A stretch of DNA of 64,000 nt, taken from NCBI RefSeq assembly GCF_006345805.1, contig NC_042999.1:141050001-141114000 (forward strand). The letters are read 5' to 3'. This document shows, in pieces, positions 51,563 through 63,935 of the stretch. The stretch comes from Octopus sinensis. Taxonomy: Eukaryota. A program made the position numbers and the translations under genes. How positions within the stretch are numbered: the stretch's first letter is position 1; each line of letters starts with the position of its first letter. The notes under the pieces are model-generated. The model was not told where the DNA came from and made no database searches. It saw nothing but the letters and a program-made list of their open reading frames with translations.

Positions 51563-51712
51563 GTAGGCTTCTTTCAACTCCATCTGCTGGATCCTTTTAC
51601 AAGGATTTGGTTGGGCCAGAGTTATAGTAAAATAGCAAATGACACTTGTTCAATATGCCAGACAGTGAGACTGAACCTGAAATCACATGGTTCAGCAATG
51701 AACTTATTAATA
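51563..51712 (-). mobile_element. Family A SINE 5' half, degenerate
   Basis: aggcttctttcaactccatct...gacacttgttcaatatgcca...gactgaacctgaaatcacatgg. Confidence 0.7.
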
Positions 51713-51721
51713 AAATGATAA

Positions 51722-51948
51722 TAATTCTTTCTAATTTTGGCACAAAGCCAGTAATTTTGACCTACAGGGTCTAGTTGATCACATTAACCTCAGTACTTGA
51801 CTAGTACTTTAATTTATTGACCCTACAAAAAAAGATGAAAGGCAAAATTGACCTCATGAGGATTTGAACTCAGGATGTAAAGAGCCAGAACAAATAATGC
51901 AAAGCATTTTCCTGACACTCTAGCAATTCAGCCTGCTTATTGCCTTAA
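51722..51948 (-). mobile_element. Family C SINE
   Basis: ttttggcacaaagccag...gatgaaaggcaaaattgacctc...tttgaactcagg...ttgccttaataataat. Confidence 0.82.
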
Positions 51949-52868
51949 TAATAATGATGACAATGATGACAAAACAAACCACAGCACATACCCAAGGCAC
52001 AAAGAGCCTGTGCTTGGTAGTGCAGTGAAAGCACACAATTAATGTTAAATGTAATTTCAAAAATAATAGTTAAATTTTTTACAAAATGTACCCTAGTGTT
52101 GTCACAGCTGGACCCAGAAGAAAAGAATACAATATTGTTATTCATAAATTAAAATATCTATTCTCTAATAAAATGCTTATAGTGAGCATGCACGCTCAAA
52201 CACAATATACACATACACACAGTGCCCATTATGTTTGTAATTTTTGAAATAGTTTTGTTTAATAACTGTTATATCTCTCACCTTTTATTGTTGAACCTTA
52301 AATTGTTTATTCTGTATGTTAAAAACAACAAAGTTAAAGGTGATATAAGCCCCCACCACCCATGATTTCAATTTTGGTTTACTGATAGAATTTAATTTCA
52401 TTTATAAATTTTACTTCCACACTAAAGTTAAAGTTCATTGAGGCAGCTTATTGCACCAGTTGCTTAAGTCTGTTCTATTTTCTTCCCTTCTTTATTCTTT
52501 ATTTTGAAAGGAACAAGTTGTTTTTGTTTTGCTTGTTTGTTTTATTCACTGTTGACAGCTTTTATGATGGAAATCTCATTAATAAAAGAAAGACAAAACA
52601 AGGGAAAAATATCTGTTTTTGGTATTTTTATCATTCAGGGGAAAAAGAAAGAACAATAACATTCTTTGGTTAAGCCTAGTTTTGTATAACATTTCCTTTA
52701 TTACTAGCCCAAAAATTAATCTGTTTTCTCCATGCCATTAAAGCTGTTGTTAACCATGCACAGTATTGCAGTTAAGATGTTTATTGAAATAGTTTTCTTC
52801 AGTAGATTTGGTAGATGCTGTAGATTTGGTGTTGGTGCCATAAGCAAACTGAATTTGTGAATTCTTCA

Positions 52869-53281
52869 GCAGGAGTGGCTGTGTGGTAAGTAGCTTGTCT
52901 ACCAACCACATGGTTCCAGGTTCAGTCCCACTGCGTGGCACCTTGGGCAAGTGTCTTCTACTATAGCCTCGGGCCGACCAAAGCCTTGTGAGTGGATTTG
53001 GTAGATGGAAACTGAAAGAAGCCCGTCGTATATATGTATATATATATATGTGTGTGTGTGTATGTTTGTGTGTCTGTGTTTGTCCCCTAGCATTGCTTGA
53101 CAACCGATGCTGGTGTGTTTATGTCCCCGTTACTTTGCGGTTCGGCAAAAGAGACCGATAGAATAAGTAGTGGGCTTACAAAAGAATAAGTCCCGGGGTC
53201 GAGTTGCTCGATTAAAGGCGGTGCTCCAGCTTGGCCGCAGTCAAATGACTGAAACAAGTAAAAGAGTAAAGAGTAAGAGTA
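52869..53281 (+). mobile_element. Family A SINE, best-preserved (reference) copy
   Basis: A box TGGCTGTGTGG, B box GGTTCAGTCCC, core gtggcaccttgggcaagtgtcttctactatagcctcggg, internal (TA)(TG)n, tail (agagtaa)n; many CpGs retained. Confidence 0.95.
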
Positions 53282-56200
53282 TACTCAACCACCAGTCTTT
53301 ACCTATCAACCATATCAAGTAGAGAATGATCTACTTTATCCATTTATTCCTATAAAGTGATACAGAGTAAAGAATATGCAATGAAGAAAAATGTATTGGG
53401 GAATTTCTCATAGTACCTTCTTAGTTCCTTACATTTTACCTATTTATTATTTTTTAAATTCAAGTTACCAATACCATATTTTAAATTTATAGATGTTAAG
53501 GAAGTAAGAATTGTTGAACAATAACAGAAAAATCACACAGTATAGCTGATTCTATGTAGCTTATGACTTGCTTAATGTTGAAGACAAACTCTGTGCTCTC
53601 TTTAAAATGAGAACACTGAAGTTCTGTCCAAACTGAGACTTTAGACATATCTACTAATAAAAGTTTCCAGACACAGGAGTTGCTTTTAAGCTTTTTGTTA
53701 GCTACACCCATACCATAAGAATGAATTAGTTTAAATAGAAAGGACTGGGGCTACTAGTAAACAACAAATACACATTATTCATGTGTAGAAGAAAGTATCC
53801 TGTTATTCCACATCAGTTGTTTTGCATAAATAACAATGACTCAAAGAACTATGAGAACATAGTTTTGGTTGTAGTACAATGTATTAAAGAAAGTGAACTT
53901 TGCAACAATGAGGCTGTTGAAATCTGTACAGCCCCACTAATCTAGCACCTAACAAAAGCTGTTGTATAATGTCCCAGTGCTTTATATAATGTAGTTCATT
54001 TGGTTCCAAGTATTAAAACTAAGCCATCAGCTTGATCAGTAAATCTTATGTTCCTCGAGGCCATTTTATATTTTGGCTGTATAGAAGGTCTCTTAATTCA
54101 AAGACCTTTTGTCTCTTATATTAAGTCAATCATAATTACCTTATATCTCTTCAACTCACCCACAGTTACTTTAATCTTAATACTGTTTTTGGTTTTTGTT
54201 TATTGCCTTCCTTGACCCGTTTTGAGATTCTCACTAAATATATACTAAGTACATTGCCTTTCCTTCTGTAGCACTATAAACTCTAAAACTCTACATGAAC
54301 ATATTTCTTTACTGATACAAATTATTATTGTTAACATATAAACTTAAACTATTCTTAACTTTTAGTTTTTGTACTATTACTTATAAATATGTTGATGAAT
54401 TCCTATAAAAATAAAGAAAATAAGAAAAGTGTGATTTCTTGTGTAATTTAGTTGGGATGGGTTTCTGCCAAGCAAGGACTGGAATAGCCATTTTGTATAA
54501 ATAACATTGTTTAAATAATAACCATATGAGGATAATTTCATTGCTAAAGGTTCAATTATTAATGTGAGGTCTATGTAGGATACTTGTACAGCCTCTTCTT
54601 CCAGAAAAAAACTAATAAGAAAAATGTGAATTTTAAGTTGTGAAATTTGTTTCAAATGCACCCAAAGCACTTAGAGTCCTCTGATGAGCAAGTTTTTCTT
54701 TATTATTAAATAAATTATTATTAAACATGTTGAGAAAGGCCAAACCTTTAAATTGAGTCTGTTCTAAAGAATATGAAATTGAAATTAAATAATTTTAATA
54801 GTCATCTCCATTACTATTATCATCATTATCATCATCATAAACTATTCAGGTGGTTTTCATTTTAAAGGTAGGGATGTCAGAGACATTGAGATGTCTGAGA
54901 GTGTATTTGGTTACTACATTAAGTTGAGTAACTATGTAGAAACTCGATTGTTAACTGCTCAGTGTTCACTGAAAATAACCAACAACAAAAATCACCATTA
55001 TAAATTTTTTTTTTTGTTTTTTGTTTTTTCCATGTTCTATCAGGATCTAACCTATTTAATCAAAGTATTGAAATAATGAAATTAGCTATGCTGCTCAAGA
55101 TGTCATCTCAACCGCATCATTTAAAGCATGGAAGAAAAAGAAAAACAATATCGAATTATATTAAAATATTCTAGTGTTGTAATAAAAGTGTAATAAACTG
55201 GTCTATGGTTTGATGAATATTTAATGGTTCTGCCATCAATGCAAGCCATTAGAGGATAAAAGTCTATTTATCTATCTCCCAATAAAACGACAGGTAAATA
55301 GATGCATACACACAAAGAGATGTGGTTGGAGTCAAATACTAAAACAGAACATTGAAAAATATAAGAACAAAACAAAAGTAGTACAGGGTTACAATGCATC
55401 TTTTCTTTCACCAATCATTATTTTGGTTTGCTTCCCTTTGATAGAAAAGATTTTTTTGACTCACCCTGTTACATCCACCCCCTACTATAAAATTGAGATC
55501 TGAACTGTTTTCTATTTTATTAATGGATAAATAGAATAAACAGATAGTTAATATGAATAATTGTGGAAACTAAATTTTTCATTATTGTTATTGGCACCAT
55601 CATTTCAAGATAGTGTGTCAGTCTTCTCTTAAAGTGGAAATCAGATAGAGAACAATATTAAGTACTTTTACATTACATTGATAGCATTATTTTAATTTGA
55701 AATTTTATCAAGATTTGTCAGAATTTCAATTAGCAAGTAAAGAAAGATTAAAGTTTGACAAATCAATGGAAATAAAATTTCTCATACACCTGTGGTAGAT
55801 GATGGGGGTTTCTTGTAATCAATTGGTTTTTTTGTGGCACCAGTGAAAGACTTCATTTTTATATAGCCATTGAAGTGCATTTAAGTTGTAATGGTGTTCC
55901 AGTTGCATGAGAATATTTGATCTCTGATGGTACAATTGACAAAACTCTTGTTATATTATGTTATATTGTTATATTACAATGGCAAAATTAGCTTCCAATA
56001 GGTATAAGTAGATTGGACTTTTACAGTTTATGTGTTAAGGACTTGGCTCAATGCCAAAGATTTAATATGATCTGTCAACCCTTCAGTCAGTATATCAGCA
56101 ATCTATTGGCTTAGCTTACAGCTCGATGATTTATTTCACTTGCATAAGACACAATGACATTTTGTGGTAAGAAGTAGAATCAATTTAATTTATCCTAGTA

Positions 56201-56341
56201 CTTGAGTGGCATTTGTTTTATTGGACCTAGAGAAATCAAAAACATCATCCCTGATGGATTTTGAACTTGGAATATAAAAATGACAATTATATACAAGTTT
56301 TGTATTTGTTTTTGGTACTCTACTAACTGTGCAACATCAAC

Positions 56342-57055
56342 AATAATAATAATAATCCTTTCTACTATAGGCAGAAGGCCTGAAATTTGTGGGGAGGAGA
56401 CCAGTCGATTACATTGACCCCAGTGTGTAACTGGTACTTAATTTATCGATTCTGAAGGGATGAAAGGCAAAGTCAACCCCGACAGTGTTTGAACTCAGAA
56501 CGTGAAGACACACAAAACATCTCTAAGCATTTCACCCAGTGTGCTAACGATTCTGCCAGCTTGCTGCCTAATAATAATAAGAAGAAGTCTTTTTTCTATA
56601 GGCATGAAAGGTGAAGTTGACCTTGACAGAATTTGAACTCAGAACATTGCGGCAGACGAAATACAGCTAAACATTTTGCCTGGCATGTTAACGATTCTGC
56701 CAATAATAATAGCCCTTTCTACTAAAGGCACAAGGCCTGAAATTTTTGAGAAAGGGCTAAGTCAATTATATTGACCCCAGTGTTTCACTGGTACTTACTT
56801 TGTTGACTCTGAAAGGATAGAAGGCAAAATTGACCTCTGCAGAATTTAATAATGATAATGATGATGATGATTTCAAATTTTGGCAAGGGGCCAGCAGTTT
56901 TTGAGGAGAGGGGGAAGTTGATTACATTAACCCCAGTACTTAACTGGTATTTATTTTATCAACCCCAAAAGGATTGAAGGCAAAGCTGACTTCAGTGGAA
57001 TTTGAACTCAGAATATAAAGACAGACAAAATGCTGCTAAGCATTTTTCCTAGCAT
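56342..57055 (-). mobile_element. Stack of four same-orientation family C SINEs
   Basis: Copies at ~56342-56572, 56590-56701 (internally deleted), 56702-56848 (headless) and 56870-57055, separated by (AAT)n/(GAT)n. Confidence 0.88.
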
Positions 57056-58084
57056 AATATTGATAGTTCTGAACTTTAAAAGTGAACAAGGTAATGATTG
57101 TTGATTAGTGTATATTTTAATGACACCAGTGTCATTTCAGGCTTTTTTTTTTAAAGGTAGTGTGTTGGAAGAGTAAGCAAAATCAATTAATTAGAGTACA
57201 AATGAAGAGTTAACTAGAATAAGTACATTCCAACTGGTTTCTGCACTGCATTGAAAATACTTGTGACTGATAAGCTTAAGATTGAGCAAGCTTCAATAAG
57301 TTGTCAACTATTTTCTGTATTTTAATTCTTTTATTCTTTTACTTGTTTCAGTCATTTGACTGCAGCCATGCTAGAGCACTGCTTTATTATGTGTGTGTTT
57401 CTCTGCATAAATATGTCTAAATACACACATCTATCTATATGTGTAATGTGTGACTCATATCTAAATCAGATCAACTTGACAGAGTCTACCCTACTTGAAA
57501 TCATTATTGTCTATCACCATGTCAATCCTGACCAAGCTTACTTATAATCAAAGACATTGTAGCCATCTTATCTTTTTCCTAGATCTATTACTACATTTTT
57601 TTTAAGACAGCCAGGTGCAGTTTTAAGATTTACTTTAGCAGTTCAATCAACCATATAGAGGCCTCCCTCAATAGACTGGCCCTCTTTGAAGTTATGTATA
57701 TAGGTGTTAAATGCATGGCAAGATGCCTGATAAAAACTAAGTTGGAAAATTTCTCTATTTTGTATTTTTATCAACAATGCATCATCATCATCATCATAGG
57801 ACTTGTTTGATATGTTTGTTAATTTTTTCTCTACTCTAGTATACTATGGCCACTTGTCTTTCTTTCATCCAACTGTCTTGGGTTTGCCCTTGTTATCATA
57901 TTTCTGGCCTCATTACTATCAATCACTATTATACTATCCTACTGAGCTGGCACTATTGCCCTATCATAATCATCATCATCATATTTTATTGATGTTATTG
58001 TTGCAAACTAGAGATAGCTAAAATAGATAGATGCTTTAACTTATCTCTGCTCAGTGACTCGTCATTTTAGAGTCTGAATCTATC

Positions 58085-58260
58085 ACCAGTATTAGGGAGT
58101 GTGGATTGGTAGAAGCATTAGAGCATTGGCCAAAATGTTTTGTAGTATTTTTTTCTATCCCTCTAAATTTTAAGTTCAAATCTCAACTCAGCCTTTTACA
58201 TCGTTCCGGAGTCAGTAAAATAAAATACTCAAGCACCAGGGTGAATTCAGCTGACTTTTA
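58085..58260 (+). mobile_element. Family C SINE, degenerate
   Basis: ggtagaagcattagagcattggccaaaatg...aagttcaaatctcaactcagcctttt. Confidence 0.6.
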
Positions 58261-58914
58261 ATCTTTGCTTACATGCGATGGGCTAGCTTAGTACAGGTGA
58301 ACCTAGATTACCGACCAAACTGTGGATCCTCAACAACTGTAAAATGACACACTGGTTAGAGTACACTGCTGTCACATCAGTATTATCTAGCAGTAACATC
58401 TATTTCACTGCCAATACAGGTACCCCTCTCCCCACACACACACAATCATGCATATATACACACACCCCTTCTCTCTCATCATCATCATCACTACAAATCC
58501 TTTAACCAACATGAACATTGCTGTTTTTTAAACATGGAGAATTCAGCTAAGGAAAACCTGAGAAATTACTTAGAGCTTATTTCACCACTGCCACCACCAT
58601 CAACATCATCGGTATCATCATGATCATTTAATAGTAAGATTCTTAGCAAATTTAATAATAGGAGCATTAACTTATTTACAGATGATGTCATAACAAGAAC
58701 CCTTTACTTTCTAAGTAAATATTCAGTTTTGATGACATTATTGATTTTAACCCATAGGTGTAACAGGCAGATCTATCCACATTGAATAAAAAGAAATTAA
58801 GTCCCTCTCCCTTTGCTCTTTATAGCTTTTCTCTCTCTTGTGTTTTCTATGCACTATACATGTACTTTTAGCTATCATCGGAGTGCGTCTAAACATTGTA
58901 TACAATAAGCCCAT

Positions 58915-59290
58915 CAGACTAAATGCCTTGTAGTATTTCTTCCAGTTCTTCACATTCCAAGTTCAAATCCCACTGAGGTAAACTTTGCCTTTCATCCTTT
59001 CTAGGTTGATAAAATAAGTAGCAGTACAAGACTGAGGCTGATAGTATCAACTAACCCCATCCACTTGAAATTGCTGGCCTTATATCTAAATCAGAAACTA
59101 TTATTATTGTAGCTGTTGACGCTGTTGTTATTGTTATTATTCTGCTGTTGACTTTGCCTTTCAATCCTTTTGGAGTTGATAAAATAAGTAACAGTTGATC
59201 ACTGGTGTGAATGTAATCAACTTACCCACTCCCTGAAAATTGCTTTCCTTGTGCTGAAATTTAAAATTCATTTATTATCATCATCATTAT
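58915..59290 (+). mobile_element. Two tandem family C SINEs in the orientation opposite to the 56 kb stack
   Basis: aagttcaaatcccactgaggtaaactttgcctttcatccttt... and gactttgcctttcaatccttttggagttgataaaataag..., each followed by (ATT)n. Confidence 0.78.
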
Positions 59291-59808
59291 TATTAAATAT
59301 ATGGATATTATAAAACAAACTGTAATATGCATGTGTGTTTCCTATAAACTTATTTTCAAGACAGCTACTTTTTTAAAGTTTACTGTATGATGTAGAAAAG
59401 GTCTATAACCTAAATCACCTGCTACCCCAATGCACACATGCACACACACACACGTCACACACATTGCACAATGGAAGTAGTAGTACTGCCAAATCATTCA
59501 AGTGTGTGCAGGAATTAACTTTAATCCTGTTTGTCTGCTCAGTCCGTCTTGAACAGCAGTTGTCTATTCTACTAAACATCAATAACACTGTTCCCATTAG
59601 TGACTTATTTTTTTATCTTTTATTTTCTGGTAGTATACACATGAATTCATGTGCATACCTACACACACGGAAATGCATATGCATGCACAAACTTTCTCAT
59701 ACACAAACATATTAATTTACTCATAGGTACATATAAATAAGTAAATATATATCATCATCATCCTTTAATGTTCGTTTTTCATGCTGCCATGGGTTGGACA
59801 ATATATAT

Positions 59809-59970
59809 ATATGACAGTGGGTGTTAGAACACCTACAATGCTAGAAATAAGAGTTTAAGTGCTACAGTCAATGCACACAATTGTATACAACTGTGTGCGT
59901 TGACTGCAGCTTCAGAGCATTTTAGCTCTTATTTCTAGCATTGTAGATGTTCTAACACCTTCTGTCATAT
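59809..59970. mobile_element. 162-bp foldback (palindromic) MITE-like element
   Basis: Outer 45-bp arms match at 42/45; the palindrome continues to the loop-less centre ttgtatacaa (59881-59890) with one ~8-nt asymmetry; ends TA-tgacag...ctgtca-TA. Confidence 0.88.
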
Positions 59971-60143
59971 TTAATGACTATTATAGTTTTCCTTTTTGGT
60001 GATACATTTCTTAACAGCTGCCTAACTTAATTATATATATATATATGGTGAATCCAAACAAAGAAGCTAATACATGAAAAAACAACGTGAGGATGTGGTA
60101 CAAGTAATGTATTAGCAGATGCTCAGGAAAGGAAAGAAAGAGG

Positions 60144-60180
60144 ATTTAACATATCGAGCAAAGCTCTTCTTCAGAAATAG
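60144..60180 (-). ncRNA. Degenerate minimal type I hammerhead ribozyme motif
   Basis: Minus RNA: AUUU-CUGAAGA-A-GAGC(UUU)GCUC-GAUA-UGUU-AAAU. CUGANGA is intact, stem II is perfect, stem I is 4 bp; GAAA is mutated to GAUA. Host repeat spans ~60046-60240. Confidence 0.65.
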
Positions 60181-60302
60181 AGGAAAGTCCAAAAGAAGGG
60201 AAGAGGGAGGAAGAAAATTGCTAACAATTCACATATGGTTATATTTTATATGTCATCGTGACCGTGACCAACCAGACTATCGGATGTGACCAACCAGATT
60301 AT

Positions 60303-60367
<65 letters not shown>

Positions 60368-60368
<1 letters not shown>

Positions 60369-60470
60369 TGGGTTGGCAAGAAAGTAATTTCGGTTTTTTA
60401 GTGTTTTTTTAGTCATTTTTTAATACAAAGAATGAACTTTAATCAATTATATATTTTCCATTTTGTCTGA
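60368..60470 (-). mobile_element. 3'-terminal fragment of a second mariner lineage
   Basis: TA then TIR-like ttgggttggcaagaaagtaatttcgg; minus strand encodes the transposase C-terminus QNGKYIID*. Confidence 0.7.
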
Positions 60471-60885
60471 TGTGTGTGTATAATTTGTTCATTTAGCATC
60501 TTTCTGAATGCTAGCATGGGTTGAACAGGAACTATTTGAGATTGCATTTTATAGGAAAATGTTCTTTCTGTATCCAACTCTTACCTGCTTTTCAAGTAAG
60601 AGATTATTTATTCTACAGTTTTTTGAAAGCACAGAGCAAAGCAGCTATGATATCGACAAGTAATGTAAACATATCACTGTTTTGCTCAGATGACAAGTAA
60701 ACCTGTAGAATGTCAACATTCAAATACATAACATGCATGTACACACACAATTCTTCATTCATGCCTCTATCTTTGTAGTTCTCACTCTATAAGAAGGTTG
60801 TCGAACAAGCAGATACAAGGCCAGGTGGCCCCTTTTGCACCCAGTACAGTCTGTAAAATGGTTGATGTTAGGAATAGCATTTGAC

Positions 60886-61075
60886 TCATCATCATCATTT
60901 AACATCCATTTTACATACTGGCATGGGTTGGACAGTTTCACTGGAACTGGCTAGTCAGACAGCTGTACCAGGATCCAGTCATCTGTTTTTGCATGGTTTC
61001 TACAGCTGGATACCCATTACAGTGTGTACTGGGTGCTTTTTACATGCTACCAGCACAGGTGCTTTTTGGAAATGT
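60886..61075 (-). mobile_element. Family B tail, degenerate
   Basis: (tca)n tttaacatccattttacatactggcatgggttggacagtt...gggtgctttttacatgctaccagcac. Confidence 0.78.
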
Positions 61076-61429
61076 ATTGGGGTCTACCTACAGAGAATAG
61101 TGGCGGGGAGTGTATAAGTAGTGCAGAGAGGATAGAGAAGGATATTCCATGGGCATGTGCGGGGATATGTTTAGAGATGGAGAAGACATAATTGTATCAA
61201 GTATGGTGAGGGAAATTGGAGAGGCTAGGAGGTGGGTAGGGAGGATATGTGAAGGCTTAGAGAGTTTATGGCTAGGCACATGAGAGTGGAGGTGCCTGCA
61301 GTGGGAAACACCAAGGAGAAGTGGAGGGGAGAGTCCTACAAGTGTTGGGAAGATGGGGTATTTTTGACAGAGGTCAGATAATGTGTGTGTGTGAAGTTGG
61401 GGTCATGATCAAAAAGGACATGCATGTAT

Positions 61430-61745
61430 ATATGGATGGCCAGAATTTCCCTTAGCTTGATGTGTCTTCTGAAGCACAGCAGTCACCAGAAGTCTCAGTC
61501 CCTTGTCATCTCCTCTTTGAGACTCAAGACCACCTCCTCCCACATCTTCCTGAGTCTACCTCTTCGACAGGTTCCCTCCACAATTAGAGGGCAGCACTTC
61601 TTTATGCAGCTGACCTTATCTATTCACATTACATAGCCACACCCGCAGTCTTCTCTGTTGCACAGTACATCTGATGTCTCTTATATGCAACTTTTCTCTT
61701 AAAACACACTTCATTGTATATGCACACTGACATTGCAGACCCAGT
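61430..61745 (-). mobile_element. RTE LINE 3' coding end, decayed
   Basis: Minus: WVCNVSVH...CIKKCCPLIVEGTCRRGRLRKMWEEVV...EEMTRD*DFW. Confidence 0.82.
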
Positions 61746-61879
61746 GGAGCATAGAAACTAAGCCCAAGATGAGACTCTCAAACAAGATGCAACCTTCCAA
61801 CCCATGCCAGCACAGAAAGTGAATGTAAAATAATTATGATAAAGAGATGATTTGTGTGTGTGTGTGTACATACATTTAT

Positions 61880-62030
61880 ACATACAGTGGGTGTTCCATA
61901 CAGTTTCCATCTATCAAATTTCACTTGCAAGGCTTTGGTTAGCTGCATTATAGTAGAAGACACTTTGCAAAGGTGGGACTGTGCCTGAAGCCACATGATT
62001 GCAAAGCAAACTTATTAATCACACAGCCAT
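61880..62030 (-). mobile_element. Family A SINE 5' half, degenerate
   Basis: agtttccatctatcaaatttcacttgcaaggctttgg...gtagaagacactttgc...cacacagcc. Confidence 0.75.
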
Positions 62031-62319
62031 ATACAGACAAACATAGATAGATAGATATACACACAGATATGCACACACTTGCTTTTACTCAAAATATTGA
62101 CCTTTCAATATATGTAAGCTACTCTAATGTGAATTTACATCTTGTTGGAAACCAGAATATGTTTAAATCAATGATTAGCAACATATTTATACAAGTCAAA
62201 ATTTAAAACATCAAAAGAATGATACAACACTGAAAAACGAAAAAATACATCTTTTATGAAAATTCTACAAAGTTATTAAAAACCATCAATAAGTCAAATG
62301 ATTATCTAGGTGATATTAA

Positions 62320-62531
62320 CCCTCTTGCTACCATATTTCTGTTGAAATAGACTGACTTTGTTTCAATTAATTTCGAAAATTATGAAAAATTTAGTAGAAT
62401 AATTTTGTCATTATTAAGCTAGGACTTTGAACATGAAGTTTTGATAGAAGGTTTTAATTTAGATCACTTGAAAACAGGATGTTTCTATCATAGAACCAGG
62501 GGTAGTTTTGGGTGAGGGTTGATATCAAAGG
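62320..62531. mobile_element. Probable piggyBac-type (TTAA) MITE, degenerate
   Basis: TTAA at 62316-62319 and 62532-62535; left end ccctcttgctacc versus right-end reverse complement cctttgatatc. Confidence 0.5.
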
Positions 62532-63654
62532 TTAATGGTCAGATATCTTAAAAGGGAAACTTCTGGAGCAACAAGTTTGATTGACAGATGAAAAAAAGAG
62601 TAATTCAAATAGATTTGAATTGAAACAGAATATATTGACGATGAAATATATTGATGAGATACATACAAAGAATACATTGCCTAAGTAATGATAAATCAGT
62701 TAAAAATCTCAATTCTCATTGTTATATTGATCAGCTAATAAAACAATAAGAACAATAAGAAAAGCAATTTATATATATATTACTTTTCTTAATGTTTTCT
62801 CTTTGTTGTGTATGTTTGTATCAACCATTGTTAGTTCTCATCCACATAAATCTCATTCTATTTGATACATCACAAATCTTCTGCTTCTTTCTAATTCTTT
62901 GTTACCTGGTAACTCCTAATAAATAAAGCTATATTGGTTTCTCACATAGCTCTGATCTGGCTCAGTTTGAGCCATCCTCCAAAATACCACCAATATTCTT
63001 TCTTTTTATTTTTCCAACTTTCTCCTATTTACTCCATATTTATAATTATATTTTAATAGCTTTTTATTTTTTTGTAATAAAACTTGCCTTACTGTTATGT
63101 ATTTTTTCTATTCTTAGCTTTTTGTTTTTTGTGTAGATCTCATTTAACTTTTCTTATTTGTTTCTTTGTTTTCTTGTTTTTGTGATGTTGTAATATATAA
63201 TGGTTTTGTCACCATGGTAATCAAAAAGTGAAATGGACAATTAGAGTGATATTTGTGGCTTTGATATACAAATATATTAAAACAAACACTATATCACATT
63301 AGATTTGAATGCACTTGAATTGGAAGACAAGAGAGAAAACTAATAAACACATTTTATTAAAATATTAAAATAAGTGTAACATTAAAAATGTGCCAAATTT
63401 AGCAAACTTAACAGGAATTATATCTCAGGAAATTAAAATACTTAGATGAATTATAAACGAAAAGAAAAGCTATATCTATAGTTGAAATAATGTGTCTACA
63501 AGGTTAAAAAAGTAACTCATCACTTTTCACTTAGTATGTTGACAAAGTTATATTTTATTACAAACAGCAAAACAGACACAGATATTTATTATATATATTA
63601 TAATTCACTCAACTTTCACTTATATGTTGTATACAAGTAACCTCTGTCATATTT

Positions 63655-63935
63655 TCATCATTTTTCCATGCCTGTGCAGGTTGAGTGGATCTTCAGCACA
63701 GTTTATCAACCTTTGTTGCAATCTTCCATCATTTTCTTCATGAGTTTTAATGTCCAGAGATCATTTATTTACTTCTTCTTTCTATGATATTTTGGCCTCT
63801 CTATCCCACAGGATCTTTCCATTTGATTACTTGGCCCCTTTTTTATCCAACAGTCATCCTTCATATGTAACACATGTCCATACCACAGTCTTCTCTCTTG
63901 CACACTGCAACATCTGATACCTCTTAAACCCAGAG
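63655..63935 (-). mobile_element. RTE LINE 3' end with a short family B-like tail
   Basis: ORF 63769-63993 LGLRGIRCCSVQERRLWYGHVLHM...KKG...RPK; tail catcatttttccatgcctgtgcaggttgagtgg on plus. Confidence 0.8.
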
